64,000 nt of DNA from Caecitellus pseudoparvulus (taxonomy: Eukaryota > Protista > Bigyra: Bicosoecida): the NCBI GenBank assembly GCA_965644315.1, contig CBFFRQ010000068.1, positions 1,240,001 to 1,304,000 of the forward strand. The letters run 5' to 3'. The position numbers were made by a program, and so were the translations under genes. Below, piece after piece: positions 60,030 to 64,000 of this stretch. Below the pieces are notes generated by a model, which was not told the origin of the DNA, made no database searches, and worked only from the letters and a program-made list of their open reading frames with translations. Every line of letters starts with the position of its first letter. The stretch's first letter is position 1.

Positions 60030-61656
60030 TTACTGCGCCTTGAAGTACTTTTGTGGGACAAAAGGCATCTTGGTGACTTCAGCCTGTGCCTCCCGCCCAC
60101 CGCGCAGCTCCACAGCCAGCTCCGTGCCCCGCTTGTGAAAGCCCTTGAACACGTACCCCATTGCGATGGGTTTACTCAATCTGAAGCAGCGAAAGGTGAC
60201 ATGACAGGGTCTGGCGAGGAAGGTGGGAAGACTCGCCTCGCATACTCACGTGGGACTGAACGACCCGCTGGTTACAACCCCAACTTCTTCCCCTGCGCTG
60301 TCCTTGATGATGTCCCCAGCTGCGCACAAGCAGGGCAGCCACAGCAGCCATGCGACAGGCTTAATGGGTTGTTTTGAGAAACAGTGGGCTTACCTCTTGC
60401 TGGTGCTCTGCCTTGTATCGCCAGACCCACACGCTTGCGCTTCCAGCTCTTATTGCTGATCTGGTCCAGAATTACCTCATCACCCAAGAATCCACCTGAC
60501 GTGCGACGCGCTTTGCCTGGACAAGGGGAGCCGTGGTGATGGGTGCAAGAACACAAGCAAGACAATTTGCTTCCACCTTAGGGTGGCATGCTTATGTGAC
60601 TAAGCGTAAACGCACTGATGGCAAAGTTCAGCCCGGCCTCCACTGGAGTGGTCTGGCCTGTGATGTCGCTTCCATAAAGTGGCAGCCCGGCTTCCAGGCG
60701 GAGCGCATCTCGCGCTCCAAGCCCTGTCATTCTGACATCTTCGTGTGCTCCGATGCGACGCACAATGTCTTGTAGCGCTTCCGGCGCGAAGCTGAGCTCG
60801 AAGCCGTCCTCCCCCGTGTATCCGCAACGGACGATGAAGGCCTTGTGCAGCCCGCTGCCCGTATCCAGCATCACGTTTCGAGCTTGCATGAAGGACATTG
60901 TTGACAGATCTTCAACAGGCAGCAGCTGCTGCAGGACATCAGCCGCTCTGGGACCCTGCAGCGCAACCAGCTGCTGGTCCTCCCGGTGGACAACATCGCA
61001 GTCCTCCACCGTTCCGTCCAGCTTCGCTGCATTGAGCTGGCGATGAATGAAATCAAGGTCCTTCTCTTTGCATCCGGCATTCAGTACAACGTTGAAGAGT
61101 CCAGGCAAGCGGGTGATGATGCAATCGTCCACAATGCCCCCATCGCCATTCAGCAGAAGAGAGTAGCGTGCCTCCCCCTGATTGCAGCGCAGCAGAGCAA
61201 GGGTGAGGGGAGCTCAACGCAGGCACACAGGCTTCACAGACCTCTTCCATGCCTTGGATGTCAGTGGGCGTCAGGCGTTCCAGCAAGGCTGCCGCCCCAG
61301 AGCCAGTCACGTGAACCTGCCCCATGTGAGACACGTCAAAAAGACTTGCGCGCTCCCGGCACCACTGCGTCTCGCTCACGATCCCCTGGCCCTTGTACTG
61401 GACAGGTAGCTCATACCCTTCAAAATTCACCATTTTCCCGCCAGCCTCAAGGTGGAGCTCATACATCTCCGTGCGCTGCGGGGAGACAGGGTGACGGCAG
61501 TGCACGGAGATGCGGAATTCGACGACAGCTTCTCCGCACCTTGGCCTCTTCAGAGTGACCTGTCGAGAATGGACGCCAGGAAGGCAGTGAAAGAGGGGTA
61601 ATTCCCGTCACTCTGGCTGCTCTGCGGCCTGTGGCCTTCGCGATTGACCCCAACAT
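60030..61656 (-). CDS. AMT: Glycine cleavage system T protein (aminomethyltransferase), mitochondrial, spliced
   Basis: GGKMVNFEGYELPVQY, SLFDVSHMGQ, GGIVDD, VALQGP, RCGYTGEDGFE, GLGARDALRLEAGLPLYG, TPVEAGL, KMPFVPQKYF. Confidence 0.96.
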
Positions 61657-62163
61657 TGCCCGTGCCCGGAAGCAGAATTCGAAGACAAGAAGGCACCCCA
61701 CAGGTACACTTCAGACAGTGTGAGGTGCAGCTCACGCAACGCACTGCGTTGAGGCGAGGTTCTTAAAGGGAGGCGTGAGTGAGAATTGTTAAGGCTCGTC
61801 GCATCTAGGCCAACCAGCCTTGCCGTGGGGGGGAGGGATGGCGCAGGGGAAAAAACTGTGGGCTCACACCACAAGTTTATTTCCATTTCACGAGATTGGC
61901 GGCCGCGTAAGCAACAAGGCTTTTCGGCTGCATTGGATGAGTAGCTGGTTGGTCAGTGAGCTGAAAGTGGACTTCTGGGGGGCAAGCCCACATGCTGTTC
62001 GTCAGCAATGCAAAAAGTCAAGCTCCGCCACAAACAAGCACTTAGAAAAAGCGACTCCTCCTTCGCGGCTTGGCCGAAGAGCTCCCATGCAGGACTGAAG
62101 CGATTCTCGGCGCGAACTTGGTACTGCCTCGGGCGCGTTTCAGCTGCGTTGCGCTGACTCAAC

Positions 62164-63786
62164 ATGCAGGCCGGTGGTCCTCGCAAGAGCGGTGCGTCCA
62201 TACGGGGCAGCAGCACTGGCGGCCCAATAAGAGCGTTCAACGCATCACAGCGGAGGAGATCGGTGGCAGAGAGCCGGATTGCTTCTGAGACTGCCTCAGT
62301 GAAGTCAGCTGGCCGGCGCTCTGGAGGGCTTGAAAAAGCGGCCAAGCATCCTGCAAAGGCAGCCAAAGGGCGCAAAGCATTCTCCAAACCACAACTAGAA
62401 AGCGGCGGCAGAGTAGAGAAGTCTAGATATGGTGGAGCACAAGAGACAGGTCTTCAAGACCCTGAGAGCACTGGAGCCTTGACGGCAGGTGTGACCCGAG
62501 AGGTGGTGTCAGGCCAAGCAGCTGACGAGGGTGAGGAGCTGTCAGCCCTGGAACAGCTTGTGGCACAGCGCAAGGCGCAACGGCTTGAAGAAATCGCCTT
62601 GAAGCTGGAACTTGAAGCGCAAGTCGACCCCATGCAAGCAAAGAAACATGGGCTGCTCTGCAAGCTACGCGGGGGCCACACACTGGCTGTGTCGGATTGC
62701 CAGTACACTGATGATGGCAAGTACATCACCTCTTGCTCTTTCGATGGCAGTGTTGTGACCTATGACATCAAGCATCAGAAGGTAAAACGGGTCTACGAAG
62801 GGCACGTTGGAATGGTGTTTGCGTGCCAATATGTGCCTCGAGCTGGGAACAAGCTCCTCGCAACCGTTGGGCAAGATAGCACAGCAAGGGTGTGGGACAG
62901 AAAGTCTGGCAAGTGCAAACTAGTGCTCAAAGAAGAGCAACAACACTCCCTGTACACCGTCGCTTGGTCTCCGAATGGAAAGCGGCTAGCCACCGCAGGC
63001 GAGGACCGCAGCATCATTGTGTGGGACATCAAAACTGCGCTCGAATGTGCAGACGACCCCACCTTGACGAACGAAGCTATTGTAGACTTCAAGATGTTTC
63101 CATACCCTCAAAACTTTCATGGCCACCGAGGCCCGATTCGCAAGCTACTCTTTGCCCGTGATGGCAAGAGCCTGATCTCTTGCTCTGACGACGGGCGAAT
63201 CAAGAACTGGAAGCTAGGGAGCTCAGGAGGCGGAGCCGTCTCAGTTTCCATCGATGCACATGCTGGGGGCGTACTTGATATGGACATGTCGCCTGATGGA
63301 GTTAAGTTCGCCTCCTGCAGCCGTGACGGCACCATCAAGCAATGGTACACCAAGTCGGGGCTGCAGCTGACAACCTTCGTTGGCCATGGGGGCTGTGTCT
63401 ACACTGTGCGATATACGAGAGAGGCTCCACTAGAGTCAGAGAGCCCACCAGTTGGTCGCAGGCTCGTGTCGGGGGGGCATGACCTGTCTGTCATTGTGTG
63501 GGATGCCGAGACAGGCGCCGTGCTGCACCGGATGGCTGGCATCCACAGGAGCTATATTTTGTCGGTTGCAGTGAAGCCTGATGGCAGGGAATTCGCGACA
63601 GCTTCCGGGGATCATACTGTTGGTGTTTGGCGGGCAGTAGCTCCGACAAATTGGGATAGGGTGGCAGAGGCGGTGCAAGGGGCACTGAGCAGCATGGGGC
63701 AGTCTTGCTTGGAGGCGCTTGGGCTGTCTGACCACTTCTCCTTCGCCAACACTGCAAGTGCTGCAACAGCAGGTGCTGCTCGGTGA
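62164..63786 (+). CDS. WD40-repeat protein (about 7 repeats) with basic N-terminal extension
   Basis: Repeated GH..V...S.DG..TxS.D....WD units (GHTLAVSDC, GHVGMVFAC, GHRGPIRKL, AHAGGVLDM, GHGGCVYTV). Confidence 0.85.
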   Translation: MQAGGPRKSGASIRGSSTGGPIRAFNASQRRRSVAESRIASETASVKSAGRRSGGLEKAAKHPAKAAKGRKAFSKPQLESGGRVEKSRYGGAQETGLQDPESTGALTAGVTREVVSGQAADEGEELSALEQLVAQRKAQRLEEIALKLELEAQVDPMQAKKHGLLCKLRGGHTLAVSDCQYTDDGKYITSCSFDGSVVTYDIKHQKVKRVYEGHVGMVFACQYVPRAGNKLLATVGQDSTARVWDRKSGKCKLVLKEEQQHSLYTVAWSPNGKRLATAGEDRSIIVWDIKTALECADDPTLTNEAIVDFKMFPYPQNFHGHRGPIRKLLFARDGKSLISCSDDGRIKNWKLGSSGGGAVSVSIDAHAGGVLDMDMSPDGVKFASCSRDGTIKQWYTKSGLQLTTFVGHGGCVYTVRYTREAPLESESPPVGRRLVSGGHDLSVIVWDAETGAVLHRMAGIHRSYILSVAVKPDGREFATASGDHTVGVWRAVAPTNWDRVAEAVQGALSSMGQSCLEALGLSDHFSFANTASAATAGAAR

Positions 63787-63787
63787 T

Positions 63788-64000
63788 TCATGCATTTACA
63801 GTCCCTTCTGAGTGGGCCAGCAGCAGGTTGAGTCGTCCCTTCAGCCTCAGCAGCTTCTTAAAAGTTGCCATGCGCTGATTCACTGCCTGGTACAGCACCA
63901 TCAGCTTTGCGCTGAGATCAGGGACAGACATGAGGCTGCCGGCATGGCACTGCAGCACGGCATTCATCCACTTGAGCAAATGGGCACCCCGGGTGGGGCG
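63788..64000 (-). CDS. WDR43: UTP5/WDR43 (SSU processome) C-terminal Utp12-type domain, 3' end only
   Basis: LLKWMNAVLQCHAGSLMSVPDL..L..LYQAVNQR..TFKKLLRLKGRLNLLL fits the recalled Utp5 C-terminal pattern. Confidence 0.78.
   Translation of the reverse strand, partial: RPTRGAHLLKWMNAVLQCHAGSLMSVPDLSAKLMVLYQAVNQRMATFKKLLRLKGRLNLLLAHSEGTVNA

Overview
A gene-dense, GC-rich eukaryotic nuclear window with short GT-AG introns (donor mostly GTGCGT/GTGAGT). It probably comes from a flagellated protist, since it encodes an axonemal outer-arm dynein; a stramenopile is plausible, but that is inference only. About 23 protein genes lie here in order: a partial unknown ORF, PDH E1-alpha, an ATP6AP2-like V-ATPase accessory protein, RPL17, a PDCD4/MA3 protein, a greatly expanded Raptor, PCNA, mitoribosomal mL59, a small bL37-like mitochondrial protein, TSG101/Vps23, two tandem RAP-domain proteins, TFIIH p52, a ~1945-aa six-domain RNA end-healing/tailing protein, an EEF1AKMT4-like methyltransferase, a dynein heavy chain, an Afi1/MesA-like protein, sphingosine-1-phosphate lyase, p47/UBX, an unknown ORF, a Cys-rich GPI-type protein, glycine cleavage T, a WD40 protein and the 3' end of UTP5/WDR43. 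Non-coding features are a U5 snRNA gene and a 2.1-kb defective hAT transposon with 22-bp TIRs and a perfect 8-bp TSD. Highlights: (1) the ligase-less MJ1316/2H/kinase/2H/HAD/poly(A)-polymerase fusion; (2) an intron-split, mitochondrion-targeted peptide resembling actinobacterial ribosomal protein bL37, head-to-head with mL59; (3) a recurrent AATGCA hexamer just after stop codons, a candidate lineage-specific poly(A) signal; (4) the hAT element, with hairpin-rich ends, sitting in the shared PDCD4/Raptor promoter region. Family assignments come from recalled motifs and exon models were built by eye; no searches were run.
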